This document shows, in pieces, positions 17,314 to 26,953 of a stretch of 64,000 nucleotides of DNA (positions within the stretch are counted from its first letter, which is position 1; each line of letters opens with the position of its first letter). The translations under genes and the position numbers were made by a program. This DNA is from a bacterium (GTDB lineage: Bacteria > Patescibacteriota > Saccharimonadia > Saccharimonadales > SZUA-47). The DNA is taken from positions 426,383-490,382 of the forward strand of contig JAUIBF010000001.1 of assembly GCA_030428125.1 (NCBI GenBank), read 5' to 3'. Below the pieces are notes generated by a model. The model was not told the DNA's origin. It did not search any database and saw nothing but the letters and a program-made list of their open reading frames with translations.

Positions 17314-17970
17314 ATGATTTCAATAATCTTATTGGCGCTTTTCGGAGTAATTGCCATCGCGGCCGGAAAAGTCAGAGACACAGAACTCTCGCCAATACCT
17401 CTTAAGCTCAGTGACCGTATGAGTAAACTGTGGGACATTGCACACCAAGGCATGCGAGACAACAGGTTATTGCGCGCAGAAAAAGCACTCTTGACCATCT
17501 TGAACATAGATGAAAAGAACGCTGCTGCTTATAATCGTTTAGGTATACTTTATGCTAAACAAAAAGAGTTTAAAGACGCAATTGACTGCTTTGAAATCGC
17601 CAGCAGTATAGAGCCTTCAGCGTCCAGTTTGCACAACTTAGGACTTATCTATTATGAAACTGAGAATTATGAAAAAGCAGAAACAGCATTCAATCAGGCA
17701 CTAAAGATGGAAGATAACCTGGCAGCAAGACACATTGCTCTAGCTAAAGTTAGCGAAAAACTAGGAAATAACGCAGTGGTTATGAAATCTTTAGAAAGAG
17801 CAGTAGAGTTAGAGCCGACTAAAGAATCCTTGACACTTCTCATGAACGCTTACGTTGATGCAGACATGGATACCGAGGCTAGAGCTGTACAGCGTAAACT
17901 AGAACGCTTCGAATCTAAAAAATCTCCAACACCAACTAAAGTTAAGCAACCACGTAAAGTAGTCGTATAA
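17314..17970 (+). CDS. TPR-repeat protein with N-terminal membrane anchor
   Basis: Hydrophobic N-terminus (ISIILLALFGVIAIAAG) followed by TPR-like repeats (AAAYNRLGILYAKQKEFKDAIDCFEIA...). Confidence 0.75.
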   Translation: MISIILLALFGVIAIAAGKVRDTELSPIPLKLSDRMSKLWDIAHQGMRDNRLLRAEKALLTILNIDEKNAAAYNRLGILYAKQKEFKDAIDCFEIASSIEPSASSLHNLGLIYYETENYEKAETAFNQALKMEDNLAARHIALAKVSEKLGNNAVVMKSLERAVELEPTKESLTLLMNAYVDADMDTEARAVQRKLERFESKKSPTPTKVKQPRKVVV

Positions 17971-17999
17971 ATAAAAGCCCGCTAATCAGACTTGGTTAA

Positions 18000-18074
18000 T
18001 GGAGCCCCGATCGAGGATTGAACTCGAGACCTCATCCTTACCATGGATGCGCTCTACCACTGAGCTATCGGGGC
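18000..18074 (-). tRNA. tRNA-Thr (anticodon GGT)
   Basis: The reverse complement folds as a cloverleaf: acceptor GCCCCGA/TCGGGGC, D stem GCTC/GAGC, anticodon stem CATCC/GGATG with loop ATGGTAA, T arm TCGAG-TTCAATC-CTCGA. CCA is encoded. Confidence 0.93.
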
Positions 18075-18169
18075 TTATTTATTAAGTGTCTAAGAACACA
18101 AAATACCAATTTATTCTAGCAAAATCATCTGTTATTTGCTAGAATAATTCGAGTGTTAACAATTTATTT

Positions 18170-18255
18170 GCAGAGATAGTGAAGCGGTCAAACACGGCAG
18201 ACTGTAAATCTGCTGGCATTCGCCTTCGGGGGTTCGAATCCCTCTCTCTGCACCA
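18170..18255 (+). tRNA. tRNA-Tyr (anticodon GTA), long variable arm
   Basis: Acceptor GCAGAGA/TCTCTGC, anticodon stem-loop GCAGA-CTGTAAA-TCTGC, long variable arm, T loop TTCGAAT. CCA is encoded. Confidence 0.93.
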
Positions 18256-18292
18256 GATTATTAAAATCTGATAAAATATTATGACTACATTT

Positions 18293-18369
18293 GCCACCTT
18301 AGCTCAGTTGGTTAGAGCATCTGTTTTGTAAACAGAGGGTCGTCGGTTCGAATCCGACAGGTGGCTCCA
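18293..18369 (+). tRNA. tRNA-Thr (anticodon TGT)
   Basis: Acceptor GCCACCT/AGGTGGC, anticodon stem-loop TCTGT-TTTGTAA-ACAGA, T arm GTCGG-TTCGAAT-CCGAC. CCA is encoded. Confidence 0.94.
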
Positions 18370-18371
18370 GG

Positions 18372-18407
18372 AGAGCTTGCTGACAATATGTTGGAGAGCT
18401 CTTTTTT
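18372..18407 (+). terminator. Weak terminator-like hairpin after the tRNA pair
   Basis: AGAGCT (18372-18377) pairs with AGCTCT (18397-18402), followed by T6. The 19-nt loop makes it weak. Confidence 0.35.
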
Positions 18408-18449
18408 AATGTTGAAATAACTTCGGTAATCTGTTAAAATTGATGTCTG

Positions 18450-18653
18450 ATGAGTGAGAAGAAACGACTATCCAAGTCATCTAAAGACAAAGTATTCTTA
18501 GGAATCTGCGGTGGAATAGCAAACTACTTTGACTCAGACCCAGTGTTAGCACGATCGGCTTACGTAATATTAACGATATTTACCGGATTTGTACCAGGAA
18601 TACTCGGTTACATTATCTTGGGAGTTATAATCCCAGAGGAAGGAAACGCCTAA
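18450..18653 (+). CDS. PspC-domain membrane protein
   Basis: 67 aa with a PspC-like segment (KVFLGICGGIANYFDSDPVLARSAYVILTIF) and one TM. Confidence 0.8.
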   Translation: MSEKKRLSKSSKDKVFLGICGGIANYFDSDPVLARSAYVILTIFTGFVPGILGYIILGVIIPEEGNA

Positions 18654-18860
18654 ATGGCAAAGAAAACTGATAAACGAAAAATTGTTGGACTTGTATGTGA
18701 AGAATCTGGACACAGGCACTACTACACAAAAAAGAATACGATGAACACTCCTGACAAGCTACGATTGAAGAAATACAACCCAGTTCTTCGCAAACATACA
18801 TGGTACGTTGAAACTAAAAAGAACTTAGGCCGTAACGAAGTTAAACCTCGTAAAGGATAG
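18654..18860 (+). CDS. rpmG: 50S ribosomal protein L33 (non-zinc form, C-terminal extension)
   Basis: MAKKTDKRKIVGLVCEESGHRHYYTKKNTMNTPDKLRLKKYNPVLRKHTWYVETK matches L33. Both CxxC motifs are absent. Confidence 0.88.
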   Translation: MAKKTDKRKIVGLVCEESGHRHYYTKKNTMNTPDKLRLKKYNPVLRKHTWYVETKKNLGRNEVKPRKG

Positions 18861-18866
18861 GGTTAT

Positions 18867-19115
18867 ATGACCTCACAGCACCTAGCACCTTTAGATAATT
18901 TCGGTGAAAAACTTGATGATTTTATCGCTGTAAGCAGTAAAGCAACTATCGGCTGTGCGGCGCTTACGGGGGTAGGTGCCTTATTTGACACAGAAACAGC
19001 GCTATCGCTAGGCGTACCAATAACTTTAGGTATAGGTGGAACAAACGTCTTGTCTAGGCTTGGCCGCAGGGTTTATGATTTTGTAATCCAGACCCAAGAA
19101 CCATTATCTGAGTAA
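18867..19115 (+). CDS. Hypothetical protein (82 aa, Gly/Ala-rich hydrophobic core)
   Basis: ORF with an SD-like GGATAGGG upstream. I recognise no motif. Confidence 0.45.
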   Translation: MTSQHLAPLDNFGEKLDDFIAVSSKATIGCAALTGVGALFDTETALSLGVPITLGIGGTNVLSRLGRRVYDFVIQTQEPLSE

Positions 19116-21017
19116 TAATATTGAATTAATGAGCTCAGCATGGCTCCAAACCAATGGGGTTACGCCTACAATAGAGCTATCGTTTGGATTTATCTGTTCA
19201 GATAGTGCACCACTAGCTAAACTGTTACTTATAGACCAATCTACTAACTCTTTAGCGCGTTTTTTATCACCTGCATGAGAATAATACTGACTCATCCATA
19301 GCGTGGTAACAAACCAAGGGTTACCCATATAAGCTGGGTTGCTAGCAAAATAACTATCATGTTCATATCTAGGCAAGCCTCCAGAAGGGGATTTACCAAG
19401 CATTGTATTCTCTATTTGGACAGCAGTGGCTTCTATGTGTTCTTTTGAACCATATTCGTACTTAAATGCCCCATACAAGTTCGAGACATCGAGCGTATCG
19501 TCAACTTTTACGCCGTCTATCGAGTTTAAAAGGCCTTTGTTATATATTTTCTTTTCATCATTAAAGAAGGTGTCGGAGTTCTCCTTAATCAACTTGGCCT
19601 TGCCTAACCAGTAATCTGCTTCTTCTGCGTGGCCTAACTTGGCTCCAATTTTTGATGCAGTAACAAGAGCTTTGTACACAGTCGCAGCCGTATATGTTGA
19701 GGTCAAAAACTTTTCTTCCCATAAATCATAAGATGCGTGCGGTAAATTTGTTGGGTCATCAATGAAATTTGACATAAAGTTAGCAGCTGGTTCAATAAGT
19801 GTCTGGTATAACGTAGCTATATAATTTATGTCGTTAGTTGCTTCTAGGTATTCACCGATCATTATTAAAACTGAAGCAGTTTCATCTTCTTGTATAGCTA
19901 GTTCTTTTCTTTTGCCGTGAAGTAGTGGATGCCAAGTACTCCCGATTGCTTGATCCGGCTGGTACTTGTGCATTAAGTATCCCCGATGCGACAGAATCGA
20001 TTCGCAAAATTCAAAAAACTTTTTAGCTTCATGGGTATAGCCAAGTTTTATGAGTGGCCATATGGCGTACGCACCATCCCTAGGCCAAACATAGCTATAA
20101 TAATCACGACCATAGTTATAAATGGACGAATCACAAGAAGCGATGATTCCTCCGTGTTTATCAATATGAACTTTAATAATCATTAAAGATTTATTAACGA
20201 TTGACTTATAGCCGGGAATTATTTTGGATTTGTCTGATTTATTTAGCCAGTCATACCAGTGCTGCTTAGTCGCTCTAAACCGTTTATAAAAACCCCCGTT
20301 CAACATTCGTTCATGCATAGCTTCAAGTCTATCTTGAGAGTCTGAAACGCAAAGCCAGTACCGTACTTCCGCTTCATTATTCGCCTTTATTTTGAGAGAG
20401 CAACGCAGGGTAGAGTCAACGCTTGCATGCTCTACAGCCGCATTTGACAGTTCACCGTCTTCAGAATCCCTGAACGTACCTTCCTTACCTTCAATACCAG
20501 TATTACCAACTGCCCACTGATCAAACGCACCATTATCGTGTTCTGCGTAAGCTAATATACTGCATCGTCCTTTGTAGTCGAGGATGTAGTGCCCGTCAGG
20601 TACATACATGGCAGTATCTGCTCTACCATCAGCACTAATTTGGAAAGTCTGATGAAAAAATATACGAATTTCACGTGCTTCGCTAGCTAAATTGTCAACC
20701 ACAACCTTTCTAGCGAAAGTATTATAACTAGAATCTACGAAGTCTCTGAACGTAATTTTTAATTTAAGTTCTTCATTTTTAAAGGTACTAAAACCTATCA
20801 GTGCATCATCTCGGAAGTTTATATCTTTTTCCCATGATTTTTCATGTAACCAAGAAAATGTTCCATCAATCCATACACCTATGTAGTGAGGGTTGCTTCT
20901 AGCAGTAGTTAGGTTTTCTAAGCCCACATAAGGGTAGTAAAAATCGTGCACGTATCCACTCTCATCCAAACCAACAGTCAAGCTATTATTTCCTAGAACT
21001 ACGGGCCTAGCCATCAT
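19104..21017 (-). CDS. Glycoside hydrolase family 15 (glucoamylase/glucodextranase-like)
   Basis: 637 aa with a GH15-type (alpha/alpha)6 region (YSYVWPRDGAYAIWPL, ...LWEEKF...). It is the last gene of a three-gene glucan operon. Confidence 0.82.
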   Translation of the reverse strand: MMARPVVLGNNSLTVGLDESGYVHDFYYPYVGLENLTTARSNPHYIGVWIDGTFSWLHEKSWEKDINFRDDALIGFSTFKNEELKLKITFRDFVDSSYNTFARKVVVDNLASEAREIRIFFHQTFQISADGRADTAMYVPDGHYILDYKGRCSILAYAEHDNGAFDQWAVGNTGIEGKEGTFRDSEDGELSNAAVEHASVDSTLRCSLKIKANNEAEVRYWLCVSDSQDRLEAMHERMLNGGFYKRFRATKQHWYDWLNKSDKSKIIPGYKSIVNKSLMIIKVHIDKHGGIIASCDSSIYNYGRDYYSYVWPRDGAYAIWPLIKLGYTHEAKKFFEFCESILSHRGYLMHKYQPDQAIGSTWHPLLHGKRKELAIQEDETASVLIMIGEYLEATNDINYIATLYQTLIEPAANFMSNFIDDPTNLPHASYDLWEEKFLTSTYTAATVYKALVTASKIGAKLGHAEEADYWLGKAKLIKENSDTFFNDEKKIYNKGLLNSIDGVKVDDTLDVSNLYGAFKYEYGSKEHIEATAVQIENTMLGKSPSGGLPRYEHDSYFASNPAYMGNPWFVTTLWMSQYYSHAGDKKRAKELVDWSISNSLASGALSEQINPNDSSIVGVTPLVWSHAELINSILLLR

Positions 21018-22224
21018 TATTCCCAGAATTTATAACACGGACCGTCATATCTCTATAAGTATTCATAAAGTACATAAATGCTTTGTACGGTGAATCATAT
21101 GGACTGAAGTAGGCATGAACATCACCGTCGTTAAACCATTTAGTGCACATATAATAAAAATGATCGCTGGTTTGAAGCTTACGCCAATCTGCAAGTATGT
21201 GTGGATCTGTTTGTTCTGTTATAGTCTGCTCCATCTCATAAATTGCGCTAATGGCATCTACCTGCATATCATTGCCTAGCCACGCCGTTAAATCTCGCTC
21301 TGTATCCGCCCAAGTAATCGTATACGGAACATCAACAAAATCTTTTGACCGATAACTTTCAGCAGCTTCGGTAATGGTTTTGAAATCGTGGCCTTCGGTT
21401 TTTAACCATTCCTCAGGAAACTTCCTGAGAAAATCAAATATTCCAGTATCTTCCCATTGGTGCTCACCAAAAGTTTCATAATCCATGAATAGGTTTATTA
21501 CGTCACCACCACCATCTGTTTCGCTGAGCCAGTGACAGTACTTTTCAGTTGTTAGAGGCCACTCTGACCAGTTACGATCTGAGAATCTAAAAGCTACATC
21601 ATCGCTCAATTTGTAATTTTTCATCAGTAACTTTATGTTGCTTGTATAACTTGGTTGGTAAACATAGTTGGGTGAACGCCAGCCTAAAATTGGATCCCAT
21701 CCTTCAGTAATTATCGCTTTGTATCCAGCTTCGTCTGCCCAGTATGCTAAATCGTTATTGTAACTAAGTTCAGTATTCCTAAAAGCCGTTGATGTAACTC
21801 CGAAAACTTCTCTGATTTTTTGTGCGTGCATTGCCACTTGTTTTACAAACTCTGCTCTTGAATAAAAGAATGCTAGTGAATGATAGTAAGTTTCTGCAAT
21901 AATTTCTACTTTCCCAGTCGCCACTAACTCCTTAAAAGACTGCAACACGTCTGGTCGCCATTCTTCTAGCTGCTCGATTAAAGTACCTGTGATAGACAAG
22001 CTTAGTTTAAATTCAGGGTGCTGAAGCAGCATGTCTTTTAGGGCTGCATTTGTTGGTAAGTAAGATTTTTCTGAAACCTTATCGATTATAAATCGATTAT
22101 TAGTTTCGACGTTTATGGTTTCATCATTGAAATAAAAGGGATCAGTTCCTGCCTGAAATACACTGTAAGGCTTAACCCTCCAGGGCTGATGAGCATGTAG
22201 ATAAAGAACCACCGACTTACTCAT
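21007..22224 (-). CDS. Glycoside hydrolase family 57 (alpha-amylase/glucanotransferase-like)
   Basis: N-terminus VVLYLHAHQPWRV and FMDYETFGEH are typical of GH57; 405 aa. Confidence 0.82.
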   Translation of the reverse strand: MSKSVVLYLHAHQPWRVKPYSVFQAGTDPFYFNDETINVETNNRFIIDKVSEKSYLPTNAALKDMLLQHPEFKLSLSITGTLIEQLEEWRPDVLQSFKELVATGKVEIIAETYYHSLAFFYSRAEFVKQVAMHAQKIREVFGVTSTAFRNTELSYNNDLAYWADEAGYKAIITEGWDPILGWRSPNYVYQPSYTSNIKLLMKNYKLSDDVAFRFSDRNWSEWPLTTEKYCHWLSETDGGGDVINLFMDYETFGEHQWEDTGIFDFLRKFPEEWLKTEGHDFKTITEAAESYRSKDFVDVPYTITWADTERDLTAWLGNDMQVDAISAIYEMEQTITEQTDPHILADWRKLQTSDHFYYMCTKWFNDGDVHAYFSPYDSPYKAFMYFMNTYRDMTVRVINSGNNDG

Positions 22225-23430
22225 CTAAACGCAAGCTCCTGTTACATGATGATAGCGACTATGCATTGTGTCTACCGATTTCTGCCAGGACTGAGAAGTA
22301 TATTCGTTATAACTATTTTGCCACATAGTTTTTGCCAAGCCTTCATTTTCACAAAGGCTGAGTATCATGTCGGTCATTTGGTGAGAATCCCAGAAATCTA
22401 CCTTGAAACAGTTACTGAGAACTTCGGCCACGCCCGATTGTTTGGAAATTATAACCGGCGCGCCATAGCCTATAGCCTCTAGTGCTACCAAACCGAATGG
22501 CTCTGATACGCTGGGCATTACAAATACATCAGCGATCTTGAAAGTGTCTCTTAGGTGTTTGCCGTTTACCCAACCAACGTTTAAAAAGTTTTTTGAAATA
22601 CCATATGAAGCAGCTAGAGCTGTTAGCTCATCTTCCTGTTCGCCACCACCCGCAATCACGAACAGAATTTTAGGATTTTTTGCAACTACCATAGATGCTG
22701 CATCTAGTAGGTGAGTTAGGCCTTTTTGTATTGTTTTACGGCCGATGTTGACAACCACTTTGTATCCGTTAGACTTCATAACCTGCAGATATTGATGTAA
22801 ATTGTGAGACTCATCAATTTCTGCATCAATCTCCATGCTGTTGTGTACTACGTGAATTTTATCTTCCGCTATGCCGTACTCCCTAATCAGTACTTTTTTT
22901 GTATAATCTGACACTGTAAAAATTTGATCAGCCATTGATAATCCAGCATATTCAATCTCTCTAGCTTCAGGATTTCCATGTCCTCCTGCTGACTGGTCAA
23001 ACTGAGTGGCATGAACGTGAGCTATTAAAGGTTTACCTGTAACCAATTTCGCCATCACACCAGCCTTAAATGTCAACCAGTCATGGGCGTGTATCACATC
23101 GAACTCTGCGTTTTCTGCTAGTTTTGCAACGTTGTGAGCATATAAATCATGTTGCTTGCGTAAATCAAGCTTGTTTTTGTGAAGAGTTACATTATGTTTA
23201 GAGAAATATTTACTGTCATAAACTCCTCCTGCAAACTTAACCTCCTCAACTGTCTGTGGGTGGGCTGGAGTCACTTTCATAAAGGGGATGTTATGCTCTG
23301 CTGTGTAGGGAACAATGAATTCAATATCTACACCAGCGTTAGCAAGGCCTTTGCACATCTGATAGCATGCCACCCCCATACCACCTGCATGATGTGGAGG
23401 CAATTCCCAGCCTAGCATGAGGACTTTCAC
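22225..23430 (-). CDS. GT4/GT5-type glycosyltransferase (glycogen synthase-like)
   Basis: GTG start, MKVLMLGWELPPHHAGGMGVACY N-terminus and a C-terminal EPFGLVALEA motif; 401 aa. Confidence 0.8.
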   Translation of the reverse strand: MKVLMLGWELPPHHAGGMGVACYQMCKGLANAGVDIEFIVPYTAEHNIPFMKVTPAHPQTVEEVKFAGGVYDSKYFSKHNVTLHKNKLDLRKQHDLYAHNVAKLAENAEFDVIHAHDWLTFKAGVMAKLVTGKPLIAHVHATQFDQSAGGHGNPEAREIEYAGLSMADQIFTVSDYTKKVLIREYGIAEDKIHVVHNSMEIDAEIDESHNLHQYLQVMKSNGYKVVVNIGRKTIQKGLTHLLDAASMVVAKNPKILFVIAGGGEQEDELTALAASYGISKNFLNVGWVNGKHLRDTFKIADVFVMPSVSEPFGLVALEAIGYGAPVIISKQSGVAEVLSNCFKVDFWDSHQMTDMILSLCENEGLAKTMWQNSYNEYTSQSWQKSVDTMHSRYHHVTGACV

Positions 23431-23535
23431 GTGTATTTTACCCCTAGAATGTACTTTTTATTTATTCTGAGCTAAATTATAGTGCTTGTGCTCTTAAATC
23501 ACAACAGATTTATAGAGGTAAAATTATTAAGATTA

Positions 23536-23544
23536 TGCTATAAT
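23536..23544 (+). promoter_or_regulatory. Extended -10 promoter (TGcTATAAT) of typA
   Basis: TG at 23536-23537 and TATAAT at 23539-23544, 55 nt before the ATG. Confidence 0.5.
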
Positions 23545-23598
23545 TAGCCTAGAAGGAAAAATACGAGGCGACCAGATTTTTCAGGCGCCTCATTTTTA

Positions 23599-25431
23599 AT
23601 GAATATGAACACATCCGACAAGATTAGAAACATAGCTATCATTGCACATGTAGACCACGGGAAGACTACTTTAGTTGATGGATTACTAAAGCAGTCTAAC
23701 ACTTTCAGAGAAAACCAGGCCGAAATGAGTCAAGAGCTAATTATGGACAGTGGAGACCAGGAAAAAGAACGCGGTATTACAATTACTGCAAAAATAACTG
23801 CTGTTGACCATGATGGATATCGTATAAACATCGTAGATACTCCTGGGCATGCCGATTTTTCTGGTGAAGTTGAACGAACTTTACGAATGGCTGATGGCTG
23901 TATTTTAGTCGTTGACGCTCAAGAAGGTCCAATGCCCCAGACAAAGTTCGTTTTAAAGAAGTCATTAGAGCTTGGCCTAAAACCTATCGTTGTTATTAAT
24001 AAAATTGATAAACAGGCAAGAAGAATAGCAGAAGTAGAAGACGAATTGGCAGATTTATTTTTAGAACTGGCAGTTAATGAAGAGCAGTTACATTATCCTG
24101 TTTACTACGCAATCGGCAGAGAAGCTAAGGCTTGGACTGACATTCCATCCAACCCAGAATCCGAAAAAGCAGATTTGTCAGTAATTTTTGATGCAATCGT
24201 TAATGAAGTATCGGCTCCAAATGTAGATACTGAAGGCACTCTACAACTATTGGTATCCTCGCTTCGTTATGATTCTTTTCAGGGAAAGTACGCCGTAGGT
24301 CGAGTGGAGCGAGGTTCGTTGAAAAAAAAGGACCAAGTTACACTGTGCTCTGAAAACGGTGAAGTAAAAGGCAAGATTGATAGACTGTACAGAACTGTTG
24401 GACTAGCATTTATCGAGGTAGATGAAGCGATTGCAGGCGACATTGTGTCCGTAACTGGACTGGCAGATGCAAAAATAGGTGATACTATTGCTGATTCAGA
24501 CAAGCCTGAAGCTCTTCCAAGAATCGAAGTTGAAGCTCCAACTCTCAAAATATACTTGGGCCCTAATACCAGCCCGATGAAGGGTAAGGAAGCAGAGTTC
24601 AATACTTCAAGACAAATTGGCGACAGGTTGAAACAAGAGCTAGAAACGAATGTAGGTCTAGAAATTGAAGAGCAAGGCATTGGTTTCTTGGTTGCCGGTC
24701 GTGGTGAGCTACATCTTTCGGTTCTGATTGAAACCATGAGGCGCGAAGGTTTTGAGTTTGAGGTAGGTAGACCACAGGTTGTTACTAAAACCGAAAATGG
24801 AGTCGAGCTAGAACCAGTCGAAGAATTAACTGTTGAAGTACCAGCAGAGCATGTTGGTGCTGTGCAGATGGAGCTAGGTAAGCGAAAAGCTGAATTGCTT
24901 CAACAAAACAACTCAACCAAAGGTGTTACAGAACTAATCTACAAAATTCCTACACGAGCTCTTTTGGGAGCTCGAAACACGCTTTTGACTGCCACGAAAG
25001 GCACGATTATCATGAATACTTTGCTTGATTCTTACGCACCACTTGGTAGTGCTATAAACCAGATACGAAATGGCGTATTAGTAGCGTGGGAACCGGGTGT
25101 TGCTACACCATATGCTTTGCAGAATGCAGAAGATAGGGGCGTGCTGTTTGTCGGAGCTACAGAGCAAGTTTATGCTGGACAAATCGTTGGCTTAAACACG
25201 CGACAAGACGATTTAGAAGTTAATGTCTGTAAAGAGAAACACTTAACTAACATGCGAAGCTCAAGTTCAGATGGAGTTGTACAGCTAACGCCACCCACAA
25301 AGATGAGCTTAGAGCAGTGTTTAGACTTCATTGAGAATGACGAACTTCTCGAAGTAACACCACAAAACTTACGACTACGTAAGCGCGAATTGAACCATAA
25401 CCTGCGTAAGCGAGCTGCTAAAAACGCTTAG
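23599..25431 (+). CDS. typA: Translational GTPase TypA/BipA
   Basis: 610 aa with G motifs (AHVDHGKTT, DTPGH, NKID) and a BipA-type C-terminal domain. Confidence 0.95.
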   Translation: MNMNTSDKIRNIAIIAHVDHGKTTLVDGLLKQSNTFRENQAEMSQELIMDSGDQEKERGITITAKITAVDHDGYRINIVDTPGHADFSGEVERTLRMADGCILVVDAQEGPMPQTKFVLKKSLELGLKPIVVINKIDKQARRIAEVEDELADLFLELAVNEEQLHYPVYYAIGREAKAWTDIPSNPESEKADLSVIFDAIVNEVSAPNVDTEGTLQLLVSSLRYDSFQGKYAVGRVERGSLKKKDQVTLCSENGEVKGKIDRLYRTVGLAFIEVDEAIAGDIVSVTGLADAKIGDTIADSDKPEALPRIEVEAPTLKIYLGPNTSPMKGKEAEFNTSRQIGDRLKQELETNVGLEIEEQGIGFLVAGRGELHLSVLIETMRREGFEFEVGRPQVVTKTENGVELEPVEELTVEVPAEHVGAVQMELGKRKAELLQQNNSTKGVTELIYKIPTRALLGARNTLLTATKGTIIMNTLLDSYAPLGSAINQIRNGVLVAWEPGVATPYALQNAEDRGVLFVGATEQVYAGQIVGLNTRQDDLEVNVCKEKHLTNMRSSSSDGVVQLTPPTKMSLEQCLDFIENDELLEVTPQNLRLRKRELNHNLRKRAAKNA

Positions 25432-26252
25432 TAGCCACCGGCTTCGACACCGTAGTATTGATCGAGTGTTAAGCCTGAATTTTTGACTGCAGTAGCAGTT
25501 TCTACACCGAGATATCTAATGTGCCAAGGTTCGTAAATGTAGCCCGTTAAATTTTCTTTGCCTTCTTCATATCTGACAATAAAACCATACTCATGTGCGT
25601 TCGACGCTAACCATTTTCCGGCAGCACCGTCGCCAAAACATGCCAATAAACGACACGAGCCGTCAGGGTTTCCCATATCAGCCGCCAGTCCCGTCTGGTG
25701 CTCAGAATGACCTGGTCTGGCACTTTCACGATCGGCTTGAGCTTGACCTTGCGTATCGACCCAATATTGATAAGTGCTGACTTGTGTTTGATATGAACGA
25801 TACGAACTAATGATGTTCATTGGCGCGCCTGCTTCTGATGCTGCATTTAGAAGTTCTTGCATTGCGCTAGCAGCTTCTGGCTTCATTTGACCACCTGCAA
25901 CAGAAACAAGACTAGGTGTGTAGCTACTTGGCAACTTGTGCTTCTTGTTGACTACAACCGTCAAACTATTTGCTTCTTTTACGCTGTATGTAACAGGCCA
26001 CTGACTTACAGGTTCAGGCTCAGGTGTTGAATCTTTTTCTTCTACAGCCATTTTTTCTTCTAAGACTTCTTCGGACTCTTCCTCGGGTTCAGGCTGATAA
26101 TTGCTTACTACATCTGGTTCATAAACACTATCTTCGCCTCTGATTAAAACAGCAGACGCTACTCCTGTTGTCACTATCAAAACCAAGCCAATTACGATTA
26201 GGCTAATTATTCTAGTTCTTTTGCTAAGTTTATGTATTTCAGGAAGTTTCAC
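25428..26252 (-). CDS. VanY/M15B-family D-alanyl-D-alanine carboxypeptidase with N-terminal TM anchor
   Basis: SYRSYQTQ, GHSEHQTGLAAD and EPWHIRYLG motifs; 274 aa. Confidence 0.88.
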   Translation of the reverse strand: MKLPEIHKLSKRTRIISLIVIGLVLIVTTGVASAVLIRGEDSVYEPDVVSNYQPEPEEESEEVLEEKMAVEEKDSTPEPEPVSQWPVTYSVKEANSLTVVVNKKHKLPSSYTPSLVSVAGGQMKPEAASAMQELLNAASEAGAPMNIISSYRSYQTQVSTYQYWVDTQGQAQADRESARPGHSEHQTGLAADMGNPDGSCRLLACFGDGAAGKWLASNAHEYGFIVRYEEGKENLTGYIYEPWHIRYLGVETATAVKNSGLTLDQYYGVEAGGY

Positions 26253-26269
26253 AGTATATACATTATAAC

Positions 26270-26953
26270 TTAGACACCCTTATCTCTTATTTCCCGATAG
26301 AAACTTCTTAAGGCATCTCTGTCGCTTATTACATGCGCTGAGCTTACTCTTCTGTCACGATGACGCATATGACGCATCCGCATTAAGTTTAGGTCACTCA
26401 GTAGGGTCATTTCGCTCCTGCAACAATTACAGAAGGTATCGTGCCGTTGCTTGCCAAAACTCTTGTACATTAAACACCCGTCGTCAGAACAGTGCTTGGG
26501 GCCTCCGTTGTCTATATCTGCAGCGTGAGTGGCATCTAAAGCGACGAACCCCATGCTATGAGCTACTTCGTGGGCAGTGGTCGTATGTACATAATCCCCT
26601 GAGCCGGTAGTATCCACCAGCGCGAGTCCGCATAATTCATAACCTAGACCTAGCGCTTTACCTTTTTGACCCTTCCTGAACAATTCTCTAGCAGTTAAAA
26701 CTACGTGAATATCTATATCCGGGTCAAACTGCATGGCATTGACATAGCCAACGTCTAAAACATCACCTACAGGCTTTGTTAACTCTAGTGGCAGAATTAT
26801 AGGCTCTTCGAACATTTGTCCAATAGTCTTGCCAACTATATCTAATCCATCAATCGAATCTTCTATAGTTGCTTCGTTAACTCCATCTCTGTACAAGGCA
26901 ACATTTATCATGTTAAGTAATATAGCATCTTTATATGTCCCGTACTTGCCCAA
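26270..26953 (-). CDS. Archaemetzincin-like (M54-like) zinc peptidase
   Basis: HEVAHSMG followed by HCSDDGCLM and FCNCC resembles the archaemetzincin HExxHxxG...HCxxxxCxM...CxxC pattern, with an insert. The track start is TTG inside the dinB 3' end. The ATG at 26911 is an alternative start. Confidence 0.6.
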   Translation of the reverse strand: MGKYGTYKDAILLNMINVALYRDGVNEATIEDSIDGLDIVGKTIGQMFEEPIILPLELTKPVGDVLDVGYVNAMQFDPDIDIHVVLTARELFRKGQKGKALGLGYELCGLALVDTTGSGDYVHTTTAHEVAHSMGFVALDATHAADIDNGGPKHCSDDGCLMYKSFGKQRHDTFCNCCRSEMTLLSDLNLMRMRHMRHRDRRVSSAHVISDRDALRSFYREIRDKGV

